A stretch of 64,000 nt of DNA from contig CAWAMP010000011.1 of NCBI GenBank assembly GCA_963783255.1, forward strand, positions 345,180 through 409,179, written 5' to 3'. A program made the translations under genes and the position numbers. This stretch comes from an uncultured Acidobacteriota bacterium (GTDB lineage: Bacteria > Acidobacteriota > Vicinamibacteria > Vicinamibacterales > Fen-181). The notes under the pieces were generated by a model. The model saw only the letters and a list, made by a program, of their open reading frames with translations. It ran no database searches and was not told where the DNA came from. Positions 50,830-60,076 of the stretch are shown piece by piece. Numbering within the stretch: position 1 is the first letter of the stretch; each line of letters begins with the position of its first letter.

Positions 50830-51836
50830 CTACTTCCCCCCGGTCGCCGCCGGCGTGATGACGAGGTTCCGGGTCCTGCACGGGCCCGTGATCGCCTTGA
50901 AGGAAGATGGGACCAGGCGCGCCCTCGTCGCTGTCGAGCGCGCCGCCGGTGATGCCGGGAATCGTCTGGTCACCGATGATCGTCTTGCCGTTGAAGACCA
51001 CGGTGACGCGGCGGCCGACGAGCGTGACATCGACCGTCTGCCAGGTGTCGGGGCCCTTGCTCGCGTCTTCGTTGGGAACGAGGAAGCCGTAGATGGCGCC
51101 CATGTCCACCGGCCGCGGCTCGGGCCCGGTGCTGTCCTCTACCTGCAGTTCGTAGCGGCCGCGCAGGTAGATGCCGCTGTTGCTGCCCTTCGGGCAATTC
51201 ACCTCGACGTGCAGCGTGAAGTCGGTGAACGTCCCGGTCGTCACGATGTTGGCGCCCGACTTCGCGTTCTTCAGGACGCCGGCGTCCACCGTCCACTGGC
51301 TCGTCCCGCCGAACGTCGTCCAGCCCGTCAGGTCCTTCCCGTTGAAGAGGGCAACCGGCTTCCCCCACACGGGCGCGGCGCTTCGACGCAGCGACGGAGC
51401 GCGGCGGCCCGTGAAGCGGTGCCGCTCGCCGGCGGGCGTGACGAGCGTGCCGTCGAGCGCACCACCGGTGAGCGTGGCGTCCACGACGAGGTCGGACGTC
51501 TCCTTCTCCCACTGCGGCGGGATCGCGAAATGCAGGGATCCGTTGCTGAACTCCACCCGTGAGATTGGGCGCGCACTGCCGCCACCGCCCACGAAACGGC
51601 CGACGAGCGTGCGGTTTCCGGAAAGCGTCACCTCGAGCCAGGACGGATACGGAGCCTTCGGGCCCTGTACCCGTGAGGTCCCAGCGACCGATGATGGGGG
51701 CCTGGGCAGGTGTCTGCACCGCCGGCTGCGCCGCCCTGCTTTCCTGGCGGGCCGACGGAGTCGACGACACGACGGCGACCGTTCCGGCCAGGACGGTCAC
51801 GGCCACGAGGCGCGGCATCAATCTGTGAAAAGGCAT
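50830..51836 (-). pseudogene. DUF1080 (3-keto-disaccharide hydrolase-like, LamG fold) protein; two +1 frame breaks (51650 and ~50873-50875) as assembled
   Basis: Three frames concatenate to a colinear protein. The first is a signal peptide plus IIGRWDLTGTGPEGS. The second is YPSWLEVTLSGNRTLVGRF...NGKDLTGW...GIYLRGRYELQV...GPIFLQGDHGPVQ. The third is (T/D)RNLVITPAATGGK*. The 798-aa ORF in the track is read-through into GH29. Confidence 0.75.
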
Positions 51837-51997
51837 GGTGGCGACCTTCGGGACCTGCGCTGACAAGAGGCGTTGCCGTTTGCAGGACGTTACGCCACCC
51901 GCCGGCGATGGTCAAGACGTTCGCGGTTTCCGCGCTCAGCCAGAACGCCCCGAGGCCGTCATCGCGCGACGGCGGCCGTCGAGCGCGAACCCGGTGC

Positions 51998-52006
51998 TGC
52001 TATACT
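51998..52006 (+). promoter_or_regulatory. Candidate extended -10 (TGCTATACT) for the 901-aa gene
   Basis: TGn + TATACT is followed by CCGGCG, the same 12-mer as at 17996-18007. The ATG at 52034 is preceded by gggag. Confidence 0.45.
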
Positions 52007-52033
52007 CCGGCGCACACCGGGAGCATCGACGCC

Positions 52034-54739
52034 ATGACGACTGCATCACCCGCCCGCCCTCGTCACCGCGCGCGCCGTTGGTTCGCGGCATTCGTCCTCG
52101 GTTTCGCTGTCCTCCTCGTCGCGTTCGCGCCGACCCCGCCCGGGGAGGGGGCCCGGGCGGTCGCAAAGGAACGGCTGGCCGACACGTCGGACCAGAGCGG
52201 CACGGCGCCCACCGTGTCGATCGTGGCGGACGTCCGCGCCGGATCGCCCGCCGGCCACGGGTTGAACAAGCTCGTACAGGCGCTGCGAGACCGCGGCGTG
52301 ACCGTGGACCGGGCCGATGCCCTCGAACGCGCGCGCGGCAGCGTGATCGTGGTCGCGGGGACAGCGAACGCGCGGAGCACGGTGACGACGCTGCTCAGAG
52401 ACGGCCGGCAGCCGCTGCCCGAAGGGCCGGAGGCCCTGGTCGTCCGGCAGCTGCGCTGGCGCGAGAAGCCGGTCTGGGTGCTGGCCGGGTCCGATGAGCG
52501 GGGCCTTATGTACGCCGAACTCGACGTGGCCGCACGAGTGGGCTGGAGCACGGCACCCGCGTCGCCCTTCGTCGAAGTGCGTGAGACGGCGGAGAAGCCG
52601 GACGTCCACGAACGTGCGCTGTCGATCTACACCTTCAACCGCGCCTACTGGGAGAGCCGCTTTTACGACGAGCGCTACTGGGCGAAGTACCTCGATGTTC
52701 TGGCCGAGAACCGGTTCAACTCGCTCGTGGTCATCTTCGGGTACGAGAACGGCGGGTTTCTCGCACCCTGCTATCCGTACTTCTTCGACCTGCCGGAGTT
52801 TCCCGACGTGCGGATGGTCGGCATCACGCCCGCCGAACAGCAGCGAAACGTCGCGGCGTTGAATCGCGTGATCCAGATGGCGCACGAACGCGGCCTGGCG
52901 TTCACGGTCGGCATCTGGGACCACATCTACAGGGGCGGGGTGCAGGGGGGCGGCATCCCCGGGGCGGACGTGGCAACCACCAAGCCGGTTCCGGGCCTGG
53001 TCTGGGGAGTCACCGCGGACAACCTCGTGCCGTACACGAAGGCGGCGCTGGCGCGGTTCGTCCAGGCTGTTCCCGCGCTGGACGCCGTCCAGTTCCGGAT
53101 GCACGACGAATCCGGGCTCAAGGTTGGCGAGCAGGAGGCGTTCTGGCGGGATGTCTTCGCGATGATGAAGGCGAAGGCCCCGAGGCTCCGGCTCGACCTC
53201 CGGGCGAAGGGCCTCCCGGACTCGGTCATCCAGAGCGCCATCGACGCGGGTGTGCCGTTCCGCGTCACCACGAAGTACTGGATGGAGCAGATGGGGCTGC
53301 CGTTCCATCCCACGCACATCAACACCGAGAACCAGTTCGATCGGCGCCATTCCTACGCCGACCTGCTCCGCTACCCCCAGCGGTACCGCATGCACTGGCG
53401 GCTCTGGAACGGGGGCACCGCCCGCGTGCTCCTCTGGGGCGACCCGGACTACGTCCGCCGCTTCGCCGCCAGCACCCACCTCTACGACGGCGACGGGTTC
53501 GAGGTCAACGAGCCGCTCTGTACGAAGATGCTCGCGCAACCGCACGATGCGAAGCCGTTCGACCTCCTGGCGCCGCCCCATCGCTACTACGAGTACGAGT
53601 TCGAGCGCTACTGGCACTTCTTTCAGGTGTTCGGGCGCCTCGGCTACGACCCGCAGACGCCGCCCGACGTCTGGCGGCACGAGTTCGAGCGCCGCTTCGG
53701 CACGGACGTGGCGCCGATTGTCGAGCGGGCGCTCCACGAGGCCAGCTGGATCCTGCCGCGCATCGTCGCGACGTGCTATCCCTACAGCGCGTTTCCCATG
53801 ACGCGCGGCTGGGCCGAGAAGCAGCGGCTGGGCGATCTCCCCGCCTACGCCAGGGCCGAAGGCAGCGACATCGCGCAGTTCGCCAGCTTCGACGAGGAGG
53901 CGCGGCTGATGATGGAAGGCGGCGAGACGGCGAAGATGCGTCCGGCGGAGAACGCCCGCTGGTTCGACGAGCGGGCCGCGAGCGTGCGCGGGCTGGTCGC
54001 CGAGGCGGAGCGGCGCTCGGGCGCTCGCCGGAACGCGGAGTTCGAGTCCACGGTGACCGACCTGAAGATCCTGGCAGGCCTCGCGCTCTTTCACGCGAGG
54101 CGAACGCCGGCGGCCGTCAACTACCGGCTGTTCGAGCGGACCAAGGACCCGGCGGCGCTGGACGAAGCGATCGCCGCCGAGCGGGAGTCCGTGGGGGCCT
54201 GGCGTCAGATCGTGCGCGACGCCGGCGAATTCTACGCGGCGGACCTCATGATGGGCGTGCGCGGGGCGACTCTTTCCGGCCACTGGCGCGACGAGCTCGC
54301 CGCGCTCGAGAGAGGACTTGCGGCGCTCGAACGGCAACGCGGCGGTCTCCCGGCGGCGAAAGCAACCTCACCGGCGCCGCGGTACTCGCCGGGTGCCGTT
54401 CGCGGCACCGGCGGGGCGGCATCGGTCGTCCTGCGGCCGGTCGTCGGCGCCGTTGCCGGCTCGCCGTTGACCATCGCGGCCGACGTTCGAGATCCCGCCG
54501 GCGTCACGTGGGTTCGCCTGCGGTACCGCTCCCTCAACCAGCAACGGGACTACCGGACGACGCCGATGGTCCCCGCTGGCGGGAACGGCCGATACGAGGC
54601 GACGATTCCCGCCGAGGATGTCCCCCCCGAGTGGGACTTGATGTACTTCGTGGAGGTGATGAACGCGAAGGGCGTCGGCCGGATCTATCCGGACCTCGAA
54701 CGGGAAACGCCCTATGTCGTGGTGAAACTGCGGCGGTAG
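52034..54739 (+). CDS. Large uncharacterised protein, putative glycoside-hydrolase-like (N-terminal GH20b/GH67N-like lobe, TIM-barrel-like core, C-terminal beta-sandwich)
   Basis: ORF trimmed to the ATG at 52034 (901 aa) with one N-terminal TM/signal anchor. It has well-ordered, non-repetitive sequence (YDERYWAKYLDVLAENRFNSLVVIFGYENGG, FTVGIWDHIY, QFRMHDESG). I cannot assign a CAZy family. Confidence 0.5.
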   Translation: MTTASPARPRHRARRWFAAFVLGFAVLLVAFAPTPPGEGARAVAKERLADTSDQSGTAPTVSIVADVRAGSPAGHGLNKLVQALRDRGVTVDRADALERARGSVIVVAGTANARSTVTTLLRDGRQPLPEGPEALVVRQLRWREKPVWVLAGSDERGLMYAELDVAARVGWSTAPASPFVEVRETAEKPDVHERALSIYTFNRAYWESRFYDERYWAKYLDVLAENRFNSLVVIFGYENGGFLAPCYPYFFDLPEFPDVRMVGITPAEQQRNVAALNRVIQMAHERGLAFTVGIWDHIYRGGVQGGGIPGADVATTKPVPGLVWGVTADNLVPYTKAALARFVQAVPALDAVQFRMHDESGLKVGEQEAFWRDVFAMMKAKAPRLRLDLRAKGLPDSVIQSAIDAGVPFRVTTKYWMEQMGLPFHPTHINTENQFDRRHSYADLLRYPQRYRMHWRLWNGGTARVLLWGDPDYVRRFAASTHLYDGDGFEVNEPLCTKMLAQPHDAKPFDLLAPPHRYYEYEFERYWHFFQVFGRLGYDPQTPPDVWRHEFERRFGTDVAPIVERALHEASWILPRIVATCYPYSAFPMTRGWAEKQRLGDLPAYARAEGSDIAQFASFDEEARLMMEGGETAKMRPAENARWFDERAASVRGLVAEAERRSGARRNAEFESTVTDLKILAGLALFHARRTPAAVNYRLFERTKDPAALDEAIAAERESVGAWRQIVRDAGEFYAADLMMGVRGATLSGHWRDELAALERGLAALERQRGGLPAAKATSPAPRYSPGAVRGTGGAASVVLRPVVGAVAGSPLTIAADVRDPAGVTWVRLRYRSLNQQRDYRTTPMVPAGGNGRYEATIPAEDVPPEWDLMYFVEVMNAKGVGRIYPDLERETPYVVVKLRR

Positions 54740-54754
54740 GAGAGGGAGTCATCC

Positions 54755-55951
54755 ATGATGAAGCGAACGCCAGCCAGCCTCCTGGCACCACTCACGCTCG
54801 GGCTCATGGCATTTGGGGCGATACAGGCGCCGACTTGGGCCATTGCTCAGGATCTGATCGTCTCCGCCAACGATGCCAAGTACGTTCGGGTCGTGGGGCG
54901 GGACACCTATCCCGCGGGTACCGGCCCAGACACGCTGACCGTGATCGATGCGTCGAGCAATCCACCGAGAGTGATTGCGACGGTGCCGGTGCAGCATACG
55001 CTCGCCGGGCCCCCGCAGGGGGTAGCGATCACGCCGAACGGCCGACTCGCCATCGTATCGGCACCCAACCGCTACGACCGCGGTGAACTGAAGGTGGTGA
55101 CCGAGAACTTCCTGCAGGTGATCGACCTCACGGCCACCGCACCGCGTGTCGTCGAGAAGATCGACGTCGGCGCTCATCCCCAGGGCCTCGCCATCAACCG
55201 CGACGGCACGCTGCTGCTCGCGGCCACCGCCGGAGGCACGGTTGCCGTGCTCGCCATCGACGGCAACACGGTGCGCCTCAGGGATCAGCTCAAGGTCGCC
55301 GACAAGCGCCTCTCCGGAGTGAGCTTCACGCACGACGGCAAGGCCGCCCTGGTCGCCCTGCGCGACGAGCAGGGCGTGGTCGTCCTCGACGTGGACGGCG
55401 GGACGGTGAGCACGGCGCGCGACCGCATCACGACCGGCATTGGACCGTATGCCATCGATGTCTCCAGCGACGGCAGATGGGCGGTCGTCGGCAACGCGGG
55501 CCTGGGCGCGCTCGTCAATCCCGGCCATCTCAATGCCGACGCCGACACCTTCACGCTGATCGACGTGTCACGTCGTCCGTTCCGCGCGGTCCAGCACGTC
55601 ACGGTGCCCTCGGTGCCCGAGGCCGTCGCCATTTCGCCCGATGGCCGATGGATTGCGGTGCACGCCATGGATGGCTCCAACCTGCCGGCCGAGAATCCCG
55701 CGCGCAAGCCGCGGGGCCGTGTCCAGTTGTTCGAGATCCGCCGCGGCGAAGCCGTCAGGACCGCGGACCTGCCGGGCGGTGAGGCCGGCCAGGGCATCGT
55801 CTTCAGCGCCGACAGCAGGACGATACTGGTGCAATTCAACGTGGAGAAGCAGATCGCTGTCTACGCGGTCAATGGCGGGGCGCTCAGCGACACCGGCGTG
55901 CGCATCCCGATCGCCGGCGGGCCGGCTTCGCTGCGTTCCATGCCACGTTGA
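54755..55951 (+). CDS. YncE/YVTN-like seven-bladed beta-propeller protein, secreted
   Basis: 398 aa with a signal peptide. Repeated blades carry G.PQGVAITPNGRLA, AHPQGLAINRDGTLL, IGPYAIDVSSDGRWA and PEAVAISPDGRWI. It starts 16 nt after the upstream gene, with RBS ggagagggag. Confidence 0.7.
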   Translation: MMKRTPASLLAPLTLGLMAFGAIQAPTWAIAQDLIVSANDAKYVRVVGRDTYPAGTGPDTLTVIDASSNPPRVIATVPVQHTLAGPPQGVAITPNGRLAIVSAPNRYDRGELKVVTENFLQVIDLTATAPRVVEKIDVGAHPQGLAINRDGTLLLAATAGGTVAVLAIDGNTVRLRDQLKVADKRLSGVSFTHDGKAALVALRDEQGVVVLDVDGGTVSTARDRITTGIGPYAIDVSSDGRWAVVGNAGLGALVNPGHLNADADTFTLIDVSRRPFRAVQHVTVPSVPEAVAISPDGRWIAVHAMDGSNLPAENPARKPRGRVQLFEIRRGEAVRTADLPGGEAGQGIVFSADSRTILVQFNVEKQIAVYAVNGGALSDTGVRIPIAGGPASLRSMPR

Positions 55952-56017
55952 CGGAGTCAGGGAAAAGGCGGCGACGCAGCCTCACCCGGGCGGCGCCTCG
56001 AGATTCTCCGCGGGCCA

Positions 56018-56045
56018 TGTAATAGCCGGTCTCCTGGTGCGTCTA
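56018..56045 (+). promoter_or_regulatory. Candidate ECF-type (autoregulated) promoter TGTAAT-N16-CGTCTA
   Basis: -35-like TGTAAT at 56018-56023 and -10-like CGTC at 56040-56043, 20 nt upstream of the sigma factor's GTG. It resembles the generic ECF pattern (xGxAAC-N16/17-CGTx). Inference only. Confidence 0.35.
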
Positions 56046-56064
56046 GGCTGGTGAGGCGAACGAG

Positions 56065-56595
56065 GTGACCACAGCCAGCCTGCAGATTGCCGACAATCCG
56101 CCACTCGCCATGGCTTCCACCACCGCGGCGGCCGAGCTCGCCGAGCTGTACGAGCGCCACTACGACGCGGTATTCCGCGCGGCCCTGCGTGTCACCGGAA
56201 ACGCGGCCGACGCCGAGGACGTCCTGCAGACGGTCTTCCTGCGCGTCCTGGCGCGGGGTGTTGACGGCGCGGACGCCTCACGGCCGTCGGCCTACTTCCG
56301 ACGCGCGGCCGTCAACGCGGCCGTCGACCTGCTGCGCCGCCGGGCGGTTCGCGCCGAATCTGCCTACGACGATCGGGCGCCGCACGCCGCCGTTCAGCCG
56401 CCATCGCTGCTGAAAGAGCAGCTGCGGCGTGCCATCGCCGCCCTCGACAGCGACGATGCCACCCTGTTCCTGCTGCGCCACGTCGAGGGGTTGTCGATCG
56501 AAGAGCTGGCCCTGATGTTCGAGATGGAGAAGAACAACGTAGCCGTCCGGCTCCACCGGATCCGGCACCGGCTGCAGGCGGAAATGGCACGGTAG
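56065..56595 (+). CDS. ECF (group IV sigma-70) RNA polymerase sigma factor
   Basis: Region 2: LYERHYDAVFRAALRVTGNAADAEDVLQTVFLRV. Region 4: LFLLRHVEGLSIEELALMFEMEKNNVAVRLHRIRHRL. GTG start with gagg 8 nt upstream; the ATG at 56110 is an alternative. Confidence 0.85.
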   Translation: MTTASLQIADNPPLAMASTTAAAELAELYERHYDAVFRAALRVTGNAADAEDVLQTVFLRVLARGVDGADASRPSAYFRRAAVNAAVDLLRRRAVRAESAYDDRAPHAAVQPPSLLKEQLRRAIAALDSDDATLFLLRHVEGLSIEELALMFEMEKNNVAVRLHRIRHRLQAEMAR

Positions 56596-56611
56596 AGCGA
56601 GGAGGTCGGTG

Positions 56612-59056
56612 ATGTCAGAAGACCGACTGGAAAAGGCACTGCAGGAGATGAGGCAGGAACACGTCGACGCCGGAACGCTCGAGGCTGCGCGGGCGCGCGT
56701 CTGGGACGAAGTGGCGAACGCGGCCGGCACCGGCTGCGCGGAGTTCCGGCCCGACTTCCGCGCCTACCTGAGCGGACAACTCGGAAACAACCGGCGCGTG
56801 CTGATGGACGACCACCTCAGCCGCTGCCCCTCGTGCCGTGCCTCGATGGCCGCGATGAAGGGAGAGCGCCGGGTGATCGCCATGCCGCGGCGGCCCTCCA
56901 GCCGCTGGGTGCGGTGGGGAAGCCTGGCCACGGCAGCCGCGCTGCTCTTCGGGGTCCTCTATCTCGGGCGCGACTCCATCGATGCCATCATGGCTCCAGG
57001 CGGCCCGCGGGCGATGGTCGTTTCCGCCGCCGGCAGCTTGTACCGCCTGCCCGGGGGGCCTCTGGCAGCCGGCGCCGCGATCGGCGAAAGGGAGCTGATC
57101 CGCACCGGCCCTGGGGCTCGCGCCGTGTTGCGCCTCGCCGACGGATCGACGGTGGATGTCAACGAGCGGACGGAACTGTTCGTGACCACCGCCTGGAGCG
57201 GCCGGGCGATTCACCTCCAGCGCGGCGACGTCATCGTCAAGGCCGCCAAACAGCGCCGGGGTCGCCTGCGCGTTCTCACCCGCGATTCGGTCGCGGCCGT
57301 GAAGGGAACCGTCTTCGCGGTGTCCGCCGGCATGGGAGGGTCGGTGGTCTCGGTCGTCGAAGGGTCCGTGGCGGTGAACCAGCCCGGCAGGGAAGTGGTG
57401 CTGAGCCCCGGCGAACAGGCCGCCTCCAGCCCGGCGCTGGCCTCGTCGGTCCAGGAAGCCGTCGCCTGGAGCCCGTCGGCGGCGGAGTACATCGAACTGC
57501 TCGGGTCGTTCGCGAAGATCGAACGTCAGCTCGCGGGACAACTCCCCGGAGGCCTTCGCACCAACCCGGCCCTGCTCTCGTATCTTCCGGCAGGGGCCGT
57601 GGTCTACGGCGCGATTCCCAACCTCGGCGGCGCGATCGGCCGGGCCCTGGTCCTGGCCGAGCAGCAGTCGTCCGAGAACGCCACGTTCGGCGCCTGGTGG
57701 AACTCGGAGACGGGACGAGAGTTGAGGCAGATGGTCGACCGCGTGCAGTCGGCGAGTTCGCTGCTCGGCGACGAGATCGTCTTCTGCGCCAGCTTCCCCG
57801 GGCCCCGCGAGGAGATTCCGACGGTCATGGCGCGCGTGCAGCCCGGCAGGCGGGCGGAGCTCTCGAGCGCCCTGGACGGCCTGTTCGCCCGGGCGGGCGA
57901 GACCTCCCGGCCGTATTCGGTCTCCGAGGACCTCGTGGTCGTTTCCGACTCGCCGTCGCACCTGGCGTGGATCCTCGGCCGCCTGGGGCAGGGCGCCGGC
58001 ACCCCGTTCGCGGCCGCCATCGGCGAACGATACCGGCGCGGGGTGGGCTGGCTGATGGGCATGGACGCGGCCCCGGTGATCGGGTCGCTGTCGGGAGACG
58101 ACGCCCCGCCGATCGAGTTCGCCGGCATGATCGGGATGAAGTACCTCTTCCTCGAGCAGCGTGCCGAGGCGGGCGCCGAAGAGAACGAAGTCACGCTCGT
58201 GTTCGAGGGCGAGCGCAGGGGGATGGCGTCGTGGCTGGCTGACTCGGGCGCCGGGGGCGCCGCGGAGTACCTGCCGGGGGACGCGCTCCTTGCGGGATAC
58301 GCGTCCACGCGCGAACCCTGGCAGCTGTTCAAGGAGCTGACCGCACAGATGACGACACTGCGGTCGTCCTTCGAGGGCGACCTCGCCCGGGCCAACGAGA
58401 AGCTCGGCGCAGGCTTCCTCGAGAACCTGACCGCGGCGATGGGGACCGAGGCGGCCTTTGCGCTCAACGGGTTCTCCGTCAACGGCCCGACGTGGGTGAT
58501 GGTCGGTCTGGCGAACAACCCGCAGGTGATCGACGCCTCGATGCAGAAACTGGTGGAGACCTTCAACGCGGAGCTCGGGCCGGAGGATCAGAACAAGCGG
58601 GTCGCGTTTGCGCGGGAGAGCGCGGGCGGGCGGACCTGGAGCACGATGAAGTCCGGAGCGCTTCCATTCGGCGCAACCTGGACCTACGATGGAGGCTACA
58701 TGGTGGCCGCCTCCGATCGCGCGACCGGAGAGCGCGCCATCGCGACCCGGAACGGCGGCTCGCCGCTCGTCTGGTCGCCGTCGTTCCTCGGCCAGATCCC
58801 TTCGTCCGCCGGGCTCTATCCGTCCGCGTTCGTCTGGCTGAACCCGAAAGGTGCGCTCGGGATGTTCTCGGCGCTTTCCCCGAACCCGGCGCTGACTGAG
58901 CTGCTGGCCGGCCGCGACCCGATGCTCGTCGTATTCGACGGAGCGGCGGAACACATCCACGCCGCCAGCCGCGCTCGTCTGTCGGGTGTGGTCATGGACG
59001 CGATGCTGCTCCAGAGTCTTGGGGGGCAGCTCGGGAAGCAGACGGGGAAGTTCTGA
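56612..59056 (+). CDS. Anti-sigma factor: zf-HC2 + single TM + FecR-like domain + ~500-aa periplasmic domain of unknown family
   Basis: DDHLSRCPSCRASM (zf-HC2) and a TM segment WGSLATAAALLFGVLYLG. FecR-like region: LIRTGPGARAVLRLADGSTVDVNERTEL...VKGTVFAV. The C-terminal region could be DUF3352-like, but I cannot confirm. It starts 16 nt after the sigma gene, with RBS gaggagg. Confidence 0.7.
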   Translation: MSEDRLEKALQEMRQEHVDAGTLEAARARVWDEVANAAGTGCAEFRPDFRAYLSGQLGNNRRVLMDDHLSRCPSCRASMAAMKGERRVIAMPRRPSSRWVRWGSLATAAALLFGVLYLGRDSIDAIMAPGGPRAMVVSAAGSLYRLPGGPLAAGAAIGERELIRTGPGARAVLRLADGSTVDVNERTELFVTTAWSGRAIHLQRGDVIVKAAKQRRGRLRVLTRDSVAAVKGTVFAVSAGMGGSVVSVVEGSVAVNQPGREVVLSPGEQAASSPALASSVQEAVAWSPSAAEYIELLGSFAKIERQLAGQLPGGLRTNPALLSYLPAGAVVYGAIPNLGGAIGRALVLAEQQSSENATFGAWWNSETGRELRQMVDRVQSASSLLGDEIVFCASFPGPREEIPTVMARVQPGRRAELSSALDGLFARAGETSRPYSVSEDLVVVSDSPSHLAWILGRLGQGAGTPFAAAIGERYRRGVGWLMGMDAAPVIGSLSGDDAPPIEFAGMIGMKYLFLEQRAEAGAEENEVTLVFEGERRGMASWLADSGAGGAAEYLPGDALLAGYASTREPWQLFKELTAQMTTLRSSFEGDLARANEKLGAGFLENLTAAMGTEAAFALNGFSVNGPTWVMVGLANNPQVIDASMQKLVETFNAELGPEDQNKRVAFARESAGGRTWSTMKSGALPFGATWTYDGGYMVAASDRATGERAIATRNGGSPLVWSPSFLGQIPSSAGLYPSAFVWLNPKGALGMFSALSPNPALTELLAGRDPMLVVFDGAAEHIHAASRARLSGVVMDAMLLQSLGGQLGKQTGKF

Positions 59057-59081
59057 GTCTTGAGTTTTGAGTTCTGAGTAA
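59054..59081 (+). repeat. Four tandem heptamers TGAGTNN bridging the anti-sigma stop and the ABC ATPase start
   Basis: TGAGTCT TGAGTTT TGAGTTC TGAGTAA(TG). TGA occurs at 59054, 59061, 59068 and 59075, covering all three frames. The first is the real stop, and the last unit ends in TAATG, overlapping the ATG at 59081. Confidence 0.8.
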
Positions 59082-60076
59082 TGCCGGGAGAATCCTCGGA
59101 CCCCATTCCGGTCGTCGAACTCGAGAACCTGAAGGTCAGGCTGGGGCGGCGGGAGATCCTGCACGGGATTTCCTGCCGCCTCGGCGTGTCCGGCACGGGA
59201 AAGGCCGTGGGGCTGCTTGGACCAAACGGGGCGGGCAAGTCCACGCTGATCCTGACGCTGCTCGGGTTTCTCCGGCCAAGCGCCGGGCGCGCCCGCATCC
59301 TCGGCCTCGACTGCCGGCACGGCCAGGGGGAGGCCCGGTCGCGCATCGGCTACATGCCCGAGAACGACTCGTTCATCGGCGACATGACGGCGGTCGCCTT
59401 CCTGCGCCAGATGGCCGAGCTCTCCGGCCTCCCGCCGGAGGCCGCGCTCGAGAAGGCCCACGAGGTCCTGTTCCACGTCGGGCTCGGCGAGGCGCGCTAC
59501 CGCGAGCTCGGGACCTACTCGTACGGCATGAAACAGATGGCGAAGCTCGCCCAGGCGATCGTGCACGGGCCGGAGCTGGTCGTGCTGGACGAACCGACCA
59601 ACGGCCTCGATCCGGCCGCCCGCCGGCGCATGCTCAAGCTCATCGGCGAGATGAAGACCGATCAGGGGATGAGCGTACTCGTCTGCTCGCACCTGCTGCG
59701 CGACATCGAGCAGGTGTGCGACGAGGCGGTGATCATGAAGGACGGCGCGATCGTCCACCAGTGCAATCTCGAGGACGACCGGCGGTCGAACAAGAGCTTC
59801 GTCGAGCTCGAGGTGACAGGCGACGACCGGAACCTGCGCGCGGCGCTGCCGGAGATCGGCGCCGAGGGCGTCTCGGAAGGCGGCGGCTGCTGGCGCATTG
59901 TCCTGCCGGCGGGTGTCGAGGTCGAGACGCTCTGGGGACTCGCGGCGCGGCAGGACCTCCTGGTCCGGAAGCTCACCCACCGCAGGGACTCGCTCGAGGA
60001 GATCTTCCTGAAGGCCATGGGACACCTGGCGCATACGCCGGGGGAACTCGGTGCAGACATGAGTTCTGAGTCATGA
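59081..60076 (+). CDS. ABC transporter ATP-binding protein (ABC-2 exporter type, with a C-terminal DUF4162-like domain)
   Basis: Walker A GPNGAGKST, signature-like YSYGMKQ, Walker B LVVLDEP, H-loop CSHLL. Confidence 0.85.
   Translation: MPGESSDPIPVVELENLKVRLGRREILHGISCRLGVSGTGKAVGLLGPNGAGKSTLILTLLGFLRPSAGRARILGLDCRHGQGEARSRIGYMPENDSFIGDMTAVAFLRQMAELSGLPPEAALEKAHEVLFHVGLGEARYRELGTYSYGMKQMAKLAQAIVHGPELVVLDEPTNGLDPAARRRMLKLIGEMKTDQGMSVLVCSHLLRDIEQVCDEAVIMKDGAIVHQCNLEDDRRSNKSFVELEVTGDDRNLRAALPEIGAEGVSEGGGCWRIVLPAGVEVETLWGLAARQDLLVRKLTHRRDSLEEIFLKAMGHLAHTPGELGADMSSES

Noticed and set aside
49235-51631. 798-aa ORF suggesting a DUF1080-GH29 fusion protein.
   Set aside because: The linker contains an RBS (gggagg) and a complete signal peptide for GH29. 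The conserved DUF1080 C-terminal motif and its stop are in the adjacent frame (stop at 50830). Homology also leaves this frame at both ends.
56615-60034. 1139-aa minus-strand ORF across the anti-sigma and ABC ATPase genes. The same issue applies to 44429-47026, 46860-49016, 52046-54337, 61761-63686, 42658-43923 and 38045-39157.
   Set aside because: All are antisense or out of frame to genes with strong family motifs, have low-complexity Arg-rich translations, and span real gene boundaries. They are artefacts of rare stop codons.
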